Source: an uncultured Acidimicrobiia bacterium | GTDB taxonomy: Bacteria; Acidobacteriota; Terriglobia; Versatilivoradales; Versatilivoraceae | Assembly: GCA_963786955.1 (NCBI GenBank) | Contig: CAWBAT010000004.1 | Coordinates: 768,001 to 832,000, forward strand | Direction of reading: 5' to 3' | DNA: 64,000 nucleotides | Part shown: in pieces, positions 1-10,547 of the stretch | How positions within the stretch are numbered: position 1 is the stretch's first letter | How the letters are laid out: the number at the start of each line of letters is the position of its first letter | Translations under genes and position numbers: made by a program | The notes under the pieces: model-generated | Told to the model about the DNA's origin: nothing | The model's input: only the letters and a program-made list of their open reading frames with translations | Database searches by the model: none

Positions 1-1051
1 TCCTCCCGTAGCTCAGAAAGGTTTGCGAATCAAATCCCAGGGAGTGGGCATACTGCCCCAGAACGTATTCCATGAGCTCAGGTGTAAAGCGGTCATGTCC
101 CGCAGGAACCGGTGTATGCGTTGTAAAAACACAGTGATCGCGCACCCAGTCTTCCGCTTCGCGCAAGGGTAATCCCTGTTCCAGCCGGTGGCGCAGTAAC
201 TCAAATGTGAGAAACGCTGAATGTCCTTCGTTCATATGATAAACGGCCGGATCAATACGAAGCGCCCGTAGGAGCCGGACCCCGCCGATTCCCATGATGA
301 CTTCCTGTCCAATACGAGTTGCCATTTCCCCGCCATAGACGCGTCCGGTCAGGGCCCGATAGTGATCTTCATTTTGGGGAAGTTGAGTATCCAGTAGGTA
401 GATCGTGGTACAACCCACATTCAGTTTCCAAGCCTGAAACTTCACCTGGCTGTGTTGCATGTCGATTGAGATCACCAGGGGCAAACCATCTTCTCCCAGC
501 ACTAAATCCAAGGGCAGGTCGTTCTTATCAATCAGTGGATAATGCTCTTCCTGCCAGCCATGCGGCGCGATATGTTGATGAAAATATCCCTGACGGTAAA
601 ATAGACTGATCCCCACAAGTGGGACACCCAGGTCGCTGGCCGATTTAGCGTGATCTCCCGCAAGCACCCCCAGTCCACCCGAATAGATAGGGAGACTCTC
701 GTGGATAGCAAATTCAGCGCTGAAATAAGCAATGGGCTTCTTTAGAAAAGGGGCTGCATGTGCGGAGCACCAGCTCCTGTCCCGATTGAGATATTCGCGG
801 AATTCCACCAATACTTCCGACACCCGGGCGGCGAATTCCTTTTCCATCAATCTGGCTTTGAGTTCCCCGAGAGACAGGGAGTTTAAGACGACAACGGCAC
901 TATGATTCGAATAACTCCAGGTGAGCGGGGATAATTCAGCGAAAATCTCCTGAGCTTCAGGATTCCATGTCCACCATAGGTTACGACTTAACTTGCGGAG
1001 TTCCTCCGTCATGATGTTCAAATCTTTGATCTTTTCGCGATAGACCGCCAT
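1..1051 (-). CDS. glgP: alpha-glucan (glycogen/starch) phosphorylase, 5' part; runs off the window; apparent frameshifts
   Basis: Manual minus-strand translation from ATG 1051 gives LSRNLWWTWNPEA, AYFSAEFAIHESLPIYSGGLG, HMNEGHSAFL and VFTTHTPVPAGHDRF, all GlgP motifs; not captured as one ORF in the track. Confidence 0.9.
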   Translation of the reverse strand, partial: MAVYREKIKDLNIMTEELRKLSRNLWWTWNPEAQEIFAELSPLTWSYSNHSAVVVLNSLSLGELKARLMEKEFAARVSEVLVEFREYLNRDRSWCSAHAAPFLKKPIAYFSAEFAIHESLPIYSGGLGVLAGDHAKSASDLGVPLVGISLFYRQGYFHQHIAPHGWQEEHYPLIDKNDLPLDLVLGEDGLPLVISIDMQHSQVKFQAWKLNVGCTTIYLLDTQLPQNEDHYRALTGRVYGGEMATRIGQEVIMGIGGVRLLRALRIDPAVYHMNEGHSAFLTFELLRHRLEQGLPLREAEDWVRDHCVFTTHTPVPAGHDRFTPELMEYVLGQYAHSLGFDSQTFLSYGR

Positions 1052-1423
1052 TTCCTCAGCGCGCAATATCCCCCCCTATCAATATTTCCCCACTAAACTG
1101 AATCCACCTGCTTGATCTACCCGGGCACCACGAATGAATATTCCCCACAAAGCTTGTTTAAGCGAAACGAAAGCAAGGGATCGATCGATGGGTAGGGGGC
1201 AGACTCGTTTAGAAGCTTCTTGCCAATCAAAAAATTGGTTCCAGAATTCAGAACCCAAGTTCATTTTGCCTTCGCCATCGGTGAGGGCTCGGATAGTATG
1301 CAAAAAAAACAGCAAAAACCCAAATACAATGAATCGAGAAACTCCCAATCTCAGCTAAAATAAAAGAGACGGAATCGTCATGTTGATACTGCTTTTGTCT
1401 TGTCGTTCATCCGAGGTGTAAAG

Positions 1424-2137
1424 ATGAGTTTAAAAAGGATTCGCATCACTTGGTTAGGTCATTCTACCTTCAAAGTCGTCTCTCCAGAAGGAACCGTGAT
1501 TCTTATTGATCCCTGGGTCCGGGGGAATCCTGCCTGCCCGGAAGCCGCCCGTAAGTTGGAGCGACTGGATATCATGTTATTGACTCATGGCCATTTCGAC
1601 CATATTGGCGATGCCGTTGAGTTAGGCAAACAATATTCTCCTGAGGTAGTCGGGATCTATGAACTTGGACATTGGTTAGAAGGAAAAGGGGTCGGAAATA
1701 TCCGCCCGATGAACAAAGGAGGATCCCAACGGGTTAAAGATTTGGTAATCACCATGGTTCACGCCGATCATAGTTGTGGAATCCTGGATGACGGGAAGAT
1801 CATCTATGGGGGTGAAGCGGTCGGTTACATCATTGAATTCACCACCGGCTTTAAGATATACCATGCCGGCGACACCAATCTTTTCGGAGATATGAAGCTC
1901 ATCGGTCAACTCTATTCCCCCGACCTGGCCATGCTTCCCATTGGCGATCTGTTCACGATGAGCCCACGGGAAGCAGCCCATGCTTGCGCCTTTGTAGGTG
2001 CCAGAACAGTCATTCCGATGCATTTTGGGACCTTCCCTCCATTAACGGGCACGCCCCAAAAACTAAGGGAATTGACGCGTCATTTGCCAGAACTGGAAGT
2101 CGTCCATCTCGAACCCGGTGATTATATGGACATCTGA
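1424..2137 (+). CDS. metal-dependent hydrolase, metallo-beta-lactamase fold (UPF0173-like)
   Basis: WLGHSTF, THGHFDH, YHAGDT and IPMHFGTFP motifs; start probably MSLKRI at 1424. Confidence 0.9.
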   Translation: MSLKRIRITWLGHSTFKVVSPEGTVILIDPWVRGNPACPEAARKLERLDIMLLTHGHFDHIGDAVELGKQYSPEVVGIYELGHWLEGKGVGNIRPMNKGGSQRVKDLVITMVHADHSCGILDDGKIIYGGEAVGYIIEFTTGFKIYHAGDTNLFGDMKLIGQLYSPDLAMLPIGDLFTMSPREAAHACAFVGARTVIPMHFGTFPPLTGTPQKLRELTRHLPELEVVHLEPGDYMDI

Positions 2138-2359
2138 GCCTTCGAGATGGAACCTTTTATGGAAGATCAAAGAAATCCTTTTCCCTTTTCCCTCTCTTAT
2201 TGGGCCCCATGGAAAAACAACAAAGATTGGACCATGTGCTTCTCTTCCGAACTATTCATTACAGCTCCTCTTTGAATCAGTAGTTTACAGTCCGATTGTC
2301 ACCGGTGGGCTCACCAGCCTCATGGATCCGCATTCCCTTCATGGAACATTCCAGGGCTC

Positions 2360-2374
2360 TGGAATTCAGTTTGC
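2360..2374 (+). promoter_or_regulatory. putative sigma54 -24/-12 promoter
   Basis: TGGAATTCAGTTTGC (GG-N10-GC), about 30 bp upstream of the ATG at 2406. Confidence 0.5.
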
Positions 2375-2405
2375 ACCCTATTCGTCAAGGCAGTAGAGAG
2401 GGAAT

Positions 2406-2720
2406 ATGCGCGGACGCCACTTCATCGGAGATTTCATCGTAGTCTGTTTCATTCTTGTTCAGTTACTAGACTGGCTGGCCACGCTTCATGGAGTCACCCT
2501 TTTTGGAACTTCCATCGAGGCAAATCCGATGCTCCGATTTCTGATGGAAAAGTATGACATCATCCTGGTATTGACTGCCGCAAAACTGGGTGCCACCCTG
2601 GCAGCCTCCTTTCTCCACTATTTCGAACGCCATCTCCTGGTGGCCGCCTTGACTCTCTTCTATGCATTGTTTGCACTGATCCCCTGGATTCAGGTTTTTG
2701 GAAACTACCCGGGATTTTAG
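2406..2720 (+). CDS. small membrane protein (DUF5658-like)
   Basis: QLLDWLATLHG...EANPML..K pattern, three hydrophobic segments, GAGGGA RBS. Confidence 0.7.
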   Translation: MRGRHFIGDFIVVCFILVQLLDWLATLHGVTLFGTSIEANPMLRFLMEKYDIILVLTAAKLGATLAASFLHYFERHLLVAALTLFYALFALIPWIQVFGNYPGF

Positions 2721-3027
2721 GGTCACTTTCAAAGTAATCCCCCTTCTCTTGACTCATATTTTCCACAGAAACAATCTTCCCCGCAGATTGATGCGTCAAC
2801 TCCGGCCATGAAATGGGCGGATGCCTTTGAAAACAGGACGGAGTATTAAACCCAAATTCCGAAGTTGGGTGGGCGGGATTTTTATCTATTTGTTGATTTG
2901 TCTGAGATTTGCAAGACGCTCAGGAAAGGGAAAAAGTATACCGATGATCTGCGGATTCAGGTGGAATGCGCACTCCGCCGCGCGTTCATTGAGCGTGCGC
3001 AGGAGCGCTCGCTCCACCTAGCGACGT

Positions 3028-3320
3028 TCACGCAACTTCGGAATTCGGGTTAAAGGGATATTCGTTGAAGGTCTCTAGAACGGGCCCCATTCCACTCTCA
3101 TTTTTCATGCGAAGAATACGGCTGGTAATTCGGTGGATCTGCCGCTCTTCCCAGGCCTTTTCCTCATCTATAGCCAAGAAACGGTGCGGCGAGTTTGGGA
3201 AACGGAACACATGAACCACTTCATGGGTCAAAATTCAAGGCAGCAAGGACTCAAAAGAGATCCGCCCTCCCTGTCGAAAGGGACCAACAAAATGTGATGA
3301 GCTTCAAGCCTGATTTCATC
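3028..3320 (-). pseudogene. degraded fragment of an HExxH (zincin-like) hypothetical protein
   Basis: ILTHEVVHVFRF...EEKAWEERQIHRIT; the upstream part is broken by stops/frameshifts; 5' boundary approximate. Confidence 0.35.
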
Positions 3321-3462
3321 TTAATTTAGTCGAATCCAATTCAGGTCACTCGAGCGGACACTAGCATGGATCCCTCAGCCTGAATCTTGATAAAAGCATC
3401 CATTTGCGGTATTCTACCGATGAATATCTCCAAAGGTTCAGTAAAGAGGAGGATCTTGCAGG

Positions 3463-3795
3463 ATGCCAATTTATGAATATGTATGCAGTAAGTGCGCCCG
3501 ACAATTCGAGGTCATTCAAAAATTTTCTGATAATCCTTTAAAAACCTGCTCCGAATGCAAAGGAAAACTAAACAAAATCATTTCGCAGTCTTCTTTTCAG
3601 CTCAAGGGAGCTGGTTGGTACGTGACTGACTACGCAGGTAAATCCAAGAGCACTAAAAAAGAGGATTCGAAGTCAGGAACCGATACAACTGTCAAGAGTG
3701 ATACAAGTTCAAAGAAAGAGGATTCGAAGTCAGGAACCGATTCAGCCGTCAAGAGCGAAACAAAACCAAAAGCAGAAGAAAAAAGCTCCAGCTAA
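3463..3795 (+). CDS. FmdB-family zinc-ribbon protein with a low-complexity tail
   Basis: MPIYEYVCSKC...CSECKG...FQLKGAGWYVTDY; GAGGAGG RBS. Confidence 0.9.
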   Translation: MPIYEYVCSKCARQFEVIQKFSDNPLKTCSECKGKLNKIISQSSFQLKGAGWYVTDYAGKSKSTKKEDSKSGTDTTVKSDTSSKKEDSKSGTDSAVKSETKPKAEEKSSS

Positions 3796-3826
3796 ATTGC
3801 ACTGGGGTACGCGGTCGTTAGCGAAG

Positions 3827-3854
3827 AGCCAGCCTACGGGCTGGCTTTTTTTTT
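3827..3854 (+). terminator. rho-independent terminator
   Basis: AGCCAGCC-TACG-GGCTGGCT followed by T8. Confidence 0.9.
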
Positions 3855-3920
3855 GAGCCTGAAACCGTGAATTAATCACGCTGGAAGTGCGGGCATCGTT
3901 CTTGCTTGCTATCCTGGGCC

Positions 3921-4027
3921 GTCCCCCCTTGAACAAGGGGGTGTTTGGTTCGGGGGGACATAGCTGACAGTGTTCGGAGACTCTCAAACCTCCCCCTGAC
4001 CCCCTCCTTGGTGCAAAGAGGGGGAAC
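3921..4027. repeat. REP-like palindrome pair (CCCCCTT..AAGGGGG / CCCCTCCTT..AGAGGGG type)
   Basis: Related palindromes at 41056-41140 and 62659-62681. Confidence 0.6.
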
Positions 4028-4371
4028 GTCATGTCTTTGACCAATTCCCCTGTCGGTTGGGCACGACGCCAAATCGGCGGTCTCGGCGATACCAACCTAC
4101 ATCTATTTGGCATCAATCCCTAAATCTGCTCTTTTCCTCGCCTGTCCACATGTTTGGAAATCACTCCCGTCCGATGTAGAAAGGAGCGGAAATCCTTTCT
4201 TGCCAAATTACAGACACCGTAACATGATAGTTACGTTTTTGTAAGTTGCCAACCCCTTCCGGCACGATCGCGGAAGTGCAACTTGTTTCGTTCTCGATAT
4301 CTGCCGGAATTCGCGAAATCCTTCTCCGAGTAAAGTGGGCAAGAGGAGGGCCAAAAGGGGAAAGCGGGTGT

Positions 4372-4880
4372 GAGTCTGAAGTTCAAGGTCCGGAGTTCAG
4401 AGTCCGGAGTCCGGAGTCCAAAAAGAAGTGCAAGGTCGAAGCCCGGTAAAAATAGTCCAAAGTCTAAGGTCGGTAAAAATAGTCCAGAGTCAAAGGTCGA
4501 ACGTCAAAGGTCAAAAGCTTAAAGACCGAGGTTAGCCGCAAAAAAGCGCAAAAACCGCAAAACAAAAATCCGAGTCCGAAAAAAGTCCGAGGGCCAAAGG
4601 CAAAGGCCGGTAAAAATAGTCCAGAGTCAAAGGTCGAACGTCAAAGGTCAAAAGCTTAAAGACCGAGGTTTGCCGCAAAAAAAGCGCAAAAACCGCAAAA
4701 CAAAAATCCGAGTCCGAAAAATAGTCAAAGGTCGACAAGAGAGTCCAAAGTCTAAGGTCCAAGGTCGAAGGCCGGAAAAAAAAGTCCAGAGTCAAAGGCC
4801 GGTAAAAATAGTCCAAAGTCAAAGGTCGAACGTCAAAGGTCAAAAGCTTAAAGACCGAGGTTAGCCGCAAAAAAGCGCAA
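4372..4880 (+). repeat. left arm of higher-order tandem repeat array (3 core units)
   Basis: Core GTCGAACGTCAAAGGTCAAAAGCTTAAAGACCGAGGTTWGCCGCAAAAAAAGCGCAAA, with AAGCTT at 4515, 4652 and 4844; preceded by heptamer repeats. Confidence 0.95.
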
Positions 4881-5006
4881 ACCAATTTCAAAGTCAGCCG
4901 CGAATGGACTCCAATCAATGAATTACTGATGGGCCCAGGGCGATTGACAACACACTGGTTCAAGCCAGAGGGGCTTGAGGAAAATAATTTGGCTGCCTGG
5001 CATTGA

Positions 5007-5396
5007 CTACCACATCACTGTTGTCAGGGCTTCAACCTCCTGGAAATGAGAGTCTTGGGTTGCCAGAGTCCAGCCGTAGCGCAAGGCAGTGGCGGCGATC
5101 CAGATATCATTCTCTGGGATCGGACGCCCCTTGGTTCTTAGCTTTTCCTTGATTTCCCCGTAATGCAGCGCTGTGTCGGCGTCGCAGTCCAGGACTGCGA
5201 TTTCTCGGGTCAGTTGTTTGATTTTTTCACAATTGGCTTGGACTTGTCCGGACCTGCAGGCACCATAGTACAGTTCTCCGATCACGATGGCCGGGATTCC
5301 CACACGCTCTGAAGCTTCCAGTTGGGCCTTGACCCCCGGATCGTTGCCTAGCAGAGAGATCACCACATTGGTATCCAGTACATAGCTACCAGCCAT
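5007..5396 (-). CDS. vapC: type II toxin, VapC/PIN-domain ribonuclease
   Basis: YVLDTNVV, GELYYGA, IPENDIWIAATA, TQDSHF. Confidence 0.93.
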   Translation of the reverse strand: MAGSYVLDTNVVISLLGNDPGVKAQLEASERVGIPAIVIGELYYGACRSGQVQANCEKIKQLTREIAVLDCDADTALHYGEIKEKLRTKGRPIPENDIWIAATALRYGWTLATQDSHFQEVEALTTVMW

Positions 5397-5610
5397 GGGG
5401 TTCCACCTGCTCGCAACCCTTTTCTATGGCTTGGCGCATTGTTTCCAACTCTGTCAGCGGAATCGTTCCGGCAAAGTGGAGCAGCCTAACCCCGGGGGTT
5501 CCTGTTTGGGCTTCGTCGACGATGGCTTGGACGTAGTCCAATACCTTTTGTTGGAGATTCCCTGGAAGGGGCGCTAGTCGTTGCACAACTTCTTCAATAA
5601 TCGGATTCAT
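5386..5610 (-). CDS. putative antitoxin partner of VapC
   Basis: 74 aa from MNPIIEE with a GGAGG RBS; overlaps the vapC start by 11 bp; C-terminal FAGTIP..ELE.M..AIE..CEQV. Confidence 0.8.
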   Translation of the reverse strand: MNPIIEEVVQRLAPLPGNLQQKVLDYVQAIVDEAQTGTPGVRLLHFAGTIPLTELETMRQAIEKGCEQVEPHGW

Positions 5611-5678
5611 TCTGGCCTCCTGCGTCTGCATCATATCATGACTTCGAATTTCGCGGTTGAAGGTCATAGATCAGGGGC

Positions 5679-6820
5679 GAGTGATAAGTGACGAGTATAA
5701 AGTCCAAAGTCTAAGGCCGAACGTCAAAGGTCAAAAGCTTAAAGACCGAGGTTTGCCGCAAAAAAAGCGCAAAAACCGCAAAACAAAAATCCGAGGCCGA
5801 AAAATAGTCAAAGGTCGACAAGAGAGTCCAAAGTCAAAGGCCGGTAAAAATAGTCCAGAGTAAAGGTCGAAAGTCAAAGGTCAAAAGCTTAAAGACCGAG
5901 GTTTGCCGCAAAAAAAGCGCAAAAACCGCAAAACAAAAATCCGAGGCCGAAAAATAGTCAAAGGTCGACAAGAGAGTCCAAAGTCAAAGGCCGGTAAAAA
6001 TAGTCCAGAGTCAAAGGTCGAACGTCAAAGGTCAAAAGCTTAAAGACCGAGGTTTGCCGCAAAAAAAGCGCAAAAACCGCAAAACAAAAATCCGAGGCCG
6101 AAAAATAGTCAAAGGTCGACAAGAGAGTCCAAAGTCAAAGGCCGGTAAAAATAGTCCAGAGTCAAAGGTCGAACGTCAAAGGTCAAAAGCTTAAAGACCG
6201 AGGTTTGCCGCAAAAAAGCGCAAAAACCGCAAAACAAAAATCCGAGGCCGAAAAAAAGGCCGGAAAAAAAAGTCCAGAGTCAAAGGTCGAACGTCAAAGG
6301 TCAAAAGCTTAAAGACCAAGGTTTGCCGCAAAAAAGCGCAAAAACCGCAAAACAAAAATCCGAGGCCGAAAAATAGTCAAAGGTTCAAGGTCAAAGGCCG
6401 GAAAAAAAAGTCCAAAGTCTAAGGTCGAACGTCAAAGGTCAAAAGCTTAAAGACCGAGGTTAGCCGCAAAAAAAGCGCAAAAACCGCAAAACAAAAATCC
6501 GAGGCCGAAAAATAGTCAAAGGTCGACAAGAGAGTCCAAAGTCTAAGGTCCAAGGTCGAAGGCCGGAAAAAAAAGTCCAGAGTCAAAGGTCCAAGGTGAA
6601 GCCCGGTAAAAATAGTCCAGAGTCAAAGGTCGAGCGTCAAAGGTCAAAAGCTTAAAGACCGAGGTTTGCCGCAAAAAAAGCGCAAAAACCGCAAAACAAA
6701 AATCCGAGTCCGAAAAAAGTCTGAGAGCCAAAGGCAGAAAGGCAGTGGTTAGTGATACGGGGTTGGGGGGGAAAGTCCGAAGTTCATTGTTCGAAGTCCG
6801 AGGTTCAATGACTGAAAGTG
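5679..6820 (+). repeat. right arm of higher-order tandem repeat array (7 core units)
   Basis: Core AAGCTT at 5735, 5885, 6036, 6187, 6305, 6443 and 6648; degenerate heptamers at both edges. Confidence 0.95.
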
Positions 6821-6970
6821 CTTGAAAAAATCGGGAGGATGCCAAAGAATCGCTGTTGCCTGGTTTGAGATCCGTCCCCTGGGCGCGACAACATGCCTCG
6901 CTCGGTGAATTCGCCTGATCGGAGGTTTCGCTCATCCCTCTCACTCCCCTGAACTCCTTTGGAGATTCTC

Positions 6971-8014
6971 ATGCAAAAAATGAAGGCCCTGGTTAAAAAG
7001 AAATCAGAGCCCGGACTCTGGCTTGAAGAAGTTCCGGTTCCCGGTATCGGGATGAATGATGTCCTGATCAAGATTCTGAAGACTTCTATTTGCGGAACAG
7101 ACGTCCATATTTACAACTGGGATAGCTGGGCCCAGAAAACGATTAAGGTCCCCATGGTGATTGGCCACGAGTTTGTCGGCAGAGTCGCCGAGGTTGGAGC
7201 CAATGTCACCGGCTTTAAACCCGGCGATCTGGTTTCCGGCGAAGGCCATCTCGTCTGCGGCTTATGCAGGAATTGCCTGGCGGGCCGGCGACATCTTTGC
7301 CCGCACACCAGTGGGATCGGCGTCAATCGGGATGGGGTGTTCGCCGAATACCTGCAGATTCCGATGACGAATGTGTGGTATGCCGACGCGAGACTCCCCA
7401 CCGATATTCTCAGTTGCTTCGATCCACTTGGAAACGCGGTCCATACGGCTCTTTCCTTTGATGTGCTCGGGGAAGATGTTTTGATCACCGGCGCCGGCCC
7501 TATCGGTTGTATGGCGACAGCCATTGTCAAGCACGCAGGGGCACGCTTTGTGGTCGTGTCTGACGTCAACCCCTACCGCCTGGAACTGGCTCGCCGAATG
7601 GGAGCCACCCTGGCCGTGGATGCCCGAGAGGAAACAATTGAAGATGCCCAGAAACGGCTCGGGATGAAAGAGGGGTTTGATGTTGGATTAGAAATGTCCG
7701 GGAATGGTTCAGCTTTTCGAAGTATGCTCGCCAACATGTGCCACGGCGGCAAGATTGCCATGCTGGGCATTCCCGATCCCAATATGCAGGTAGACTGGAA
7801 TCTGGTCGTCTTCAATGGATTGACCGTCAAAGGAATTTATGGCCGCGAAATGTATGAGACGTGGTACAAGATGACTGTGATGATTCAAAGCGGGTTGGAC
7901 ATCACTCCCATTATCACGCACCGATTTCATTATAGTGACTTTGAGGAGGCCTTTGCTGTGATGCGTTCCGGGCAATCCGGAAAAGTCATTATGACATGGA
8001 TGGAAGAAAACTGA
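6971..8014 (+). CDS. tdh: L-threonine 3-dehydrogenase
   Basis: [49 protein letters not shown]. Confidence 0.97.
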   Translation: MQKMKALVKKKSEPGLWLEEVPVPGIGMNDVLIKILKTSICGTDVHIYNWDSWAQKTIKVPMVIGHEFVGRVAEVGANVTGFKPGDLVSGEGHLVCGLCRNCLAGRRHLCPHTSGIGVNRDGVFAEYLQIPMTNVWYADARLPTDILSCFDPLGNAVHTALSFDVLGEDVLITGAGPIGCMATAIVKHAGARFVVVSDVNPYRLELARRMGATLAVDAREETIEDAQKRLGMKEGFDVGLEMSGNGSAFRSMLANMCHGGKIAMLGIPDPNMQVDWNLVVFNGLTVKGIYGREMYETWYKMTVMIQSGLDITPIITHRFHYSDFEEAFAVMRSGQSGKVIMTWMEEN

Positions 8015-8083
8015 CCGTGTCCGCCATGTTCCCGAGATTGGGTCACGATGGAGAAGCATACTCGATTTCATGGAGAAATATCG

Positions 8084-8740
8084 ATGATGAAAAAGTCCAG
8101 TTTAATGATTCTTCTGCTTTCATTGGTTGCGTTTGCCCTGATGTTTGCGCAGACGTCCCCTTCACAAACGGGTGAATCCAAGGAGAGCAAGCCAGCCAGT
8201 CCGGCGCAAAAGCCTGCCACAAAGACCGGTCAAACTAGTGAGGATTCCGCCAAAACCACGGCGAAGTCTACGGGTAAGTCCGGGACGAGTGCCTCCAAAA
8301 AGACGGAAGAAAAGCCAACAGAGGACATCAAGGAAGGGGGCAAGACTATCGGAGCGGGCGCAGCCGAAGGTTCCAAAGACTTGGGAAAGGGATCTGCTGA
8401 ATTTGGGAAGAAAATATCCAAAGGCAATGTTGTCGGTGCTGGTCAATCCATGGGAGAGGGAGCCGGAGACTTCGGCAAAAAGGTTGGCAAAGGAACAGGG
8501 AGCGGCGCCAAGGACATAGGAAAGGGAACGGCTGAGGGCAGCAAAGAAATAGGGAAAGGAACAGTCGAAGGGACCAAGAAGGTTGGAGAAGGAATAGCCG
8601 ACGGCACCAAGAAGGTTGGAAAAGCAACAGCCGAGGGAACTAAGAAAGTTGGCGAGGGTATTGGCAGTGTTGGGAAGAAGACTGCGGACGTGGTAACAGG
8701 CAAGGACGAGGAAAAGAAGGAAACGAAAACCTCAAAGTAA
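8084..8740 (+). CDS. secreted low-complexity protein with 11-residue G/K/E/T repeats
   Basis: Signal peptide MMKKSSLMILLLSLVAFALMFA; repeats GKGTAEGSKEI, GKGTVEGTKKV, GEGIADGTKKV, GKATAEGTKKV. Confidence 0.8.
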   Translation: MMKKSSLMILLLSLVAFALMFAQTSPSQTGESKESKPASPAQKPATKTGQTSEDSAKTTAKSTGKSGTSASKKTEEKPTEDIKEGGKTIGAGAAEGSKDLGKGSAEFGKKISKGNVVGAGQSMGEGAGDFGKKVGKGTGSGAKDIGKGTAEGSKEIGKGTVEGTKKVGEGIADGTKKVGKATAEGTKKVGEGIGSVGKKTADVVTGKDEEKKETKTSK

Positions 8741-8748
8741 TCCCCGCC

Positions 8749-9994
8749 TTACTCATGATAGCGTTTCAAAAGAAGCGCGGCATTGGTTCCTCCGAATCCA
8801 AAAGAATTCGAGAGGACGTATTCGAGATGCGGCTTTCCGCGCGACGTTGGGAACATAGTCCAAATCACAATCCGGGTCAGGATTTTCGTAGTTGATCGTC
8901 GGTGGGATTTGCTGGTGATATAGGGCTAGCGCGGAAATTCCACCTTCCAGACCGCCCGGCCGCGCCAAGCAGATGACCCGGTCATCGATTTTGTCGAGCT
9001 GATCGCCATCTTGTATGCCTGGTCGCCGAATGCCCGCTTGATCGCCATCGTTTCAAACCGGTCGTTATAAGGTGTCGAGGTTCCATGGGCATTAATGTAA
9101 TCGACCTGCTCCGGGCGAATCCCGGCATCCGTAACAGCGTTGAGCATGACCCGGTAAGCGCCATCTCCGTCCTCAGAGGGCTGGGTAATATGAAAGGCGT
9201 CTCCTGACATTCCGTACCCGGCCATCTCAGCGTAAATGGTGGCTCCCCGCTTCTTTGCCATTTCCAATTCTTCCAGAATCAGAATTCCGGCTCCCTCCCC
9301 GATGACAAATCCGTTCCGATCCAAATCAAATGGCCTGAGAGGCCCGACTGGGGCTCGTCATTGCGTGCGGATAGCGCTCGCATGGAAGCGAATCCTCCGA
9401 CGCTCATGGGTGTGATCGCAGCTTCCGAGCCGCCACAGATCATGGCATCGGCTTCGCCGCGGGCGATAATTCGAAATGAATCGCCAATCGCGTGAGAACC
9501 TGAGGAGCAAGCCGTACAGGTTGAGGTGTTGGGCCCTTTTGCTCCGAAGCGAATCGAAACCTGGCCGGCAGCCAAATTCACAATCGATGATGGGATAAAG
9601 AATGGTGAAATTCGTCCGAGGTCCTCCATTCATCAGTTCAGTGTGTTCGCGTTCAATGGTCGAGAACCCCCGATTCCGGAACCGATATGGACGCCAACCC
9701 GGGTCGCGATCGCGGGCGTGATTTTAATCCTGAGAGGTCGATCGCATATTGCGAGGCCGCAATCGCATAGTGGATGAAAGGATCCATCTTCTTGACTTCT
9801 TTTTTCTCAATCCAGTTCAAGGGGTCAAACCCCTTGACTTCCGCCGCAATTCGGACCGAAAACTTTGAAACATCGAATCGAGTGATGGTGTCGACCCCGC
9901 TCTTGCCCGCGATGAGCCCTTGCCAGGTTTCTTCGGTGCCAATTCCGAGGGCGGAGACAATACCAATGCCCGTAACGACGACTCTCCTACTCAA
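8749..9994 (-). CDS. fabF: beta-ketoacyl-ACP synthase II (several apparent frameshifts)
   Basis: [28 protein letters not shown] and PPTIN spread over four ORF fragments. Confidence 0.93.
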
Positions 9995-10117
9995 AAGAAG
10001 AACCTCCTCTTGTCCATTAAGAGATTATGTTGATCAGCAGGTCTCGGAGTGGACCGGGCTTCTCAGTAAGTCTGAATTCTCCAAGGAACAGCCGCGGCCC
10101 AATTTACGGCATTGCAA

Positions 10118-10360
10118 TTATGCCTTGGAGTGACTTTGAATGTAGCTCATCGCATCGTGAACGGTTTGGATTTTTTCTGCATCTTCATCTGGAATTTCAA
10201 TCCCAAAGCCTTCCTCGAATGCCATTACCAATTCTACGGTATCGAGTGAGTCTGCTCCAAGATCGTCAACAAAAGATGCGGTCGGAGTAACTTCCGATTC
10301 ATCAACTCCCAACTGTTCTACAATAATCTGCTTGACCTTATCTTCAAGTGAAGAAGCCAT
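10118..10360 (-). CDS. acpP: acyl carrier protein
   Basis: [18 protein letters not shown]. Confidence 0.98.
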   Translation of the reverse strand: MASSLEDKVKQIIVEQLGVDESEVTPTASFVDDLGADSLDTVELVMAFEEGFGIEIPDEDAEKIQTVHDAMSYIQSHSKA

Positions 10361-10547
10361 CCCCTAATCCTCCTGTAGTATATAGAATGTAAGCATCACT
10401 GGCGGGTGATCAAATTATAACAAAACCGGAATTTAGGCAAAAAAAACGCATTCCGTCGAGTAAACTGCATGGCAAATTTCCACGGTGATGAAAGAATTGC
10501 CGGCAATAGGTGCTCGCCATATTCGTTCTCGTTTGAGAACGTGGACA

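Noticed and set aside
2821-3053. Short + strand ORFs between the DUF5658-like gene and fmdB
   Set aside because: No recognisable motif or clear RBS; cannot be supported
4372-6820. CRISPR array
   Set aside because: The repeat core (about 90 bp) is too long, the intervening sequences are themselves repeated modules rather than unique spacers, and there are no cas genes in the window
4532-6944. Repetitive ORFs in the array (4532-4963 -, 4670-4864 +, 5657-5863 +, 6543-6944 -)
   Set aside because: They are by-products of the repeat's base bias; most unit lengths are not multiples of 3 and there is no RBS or consistent frame
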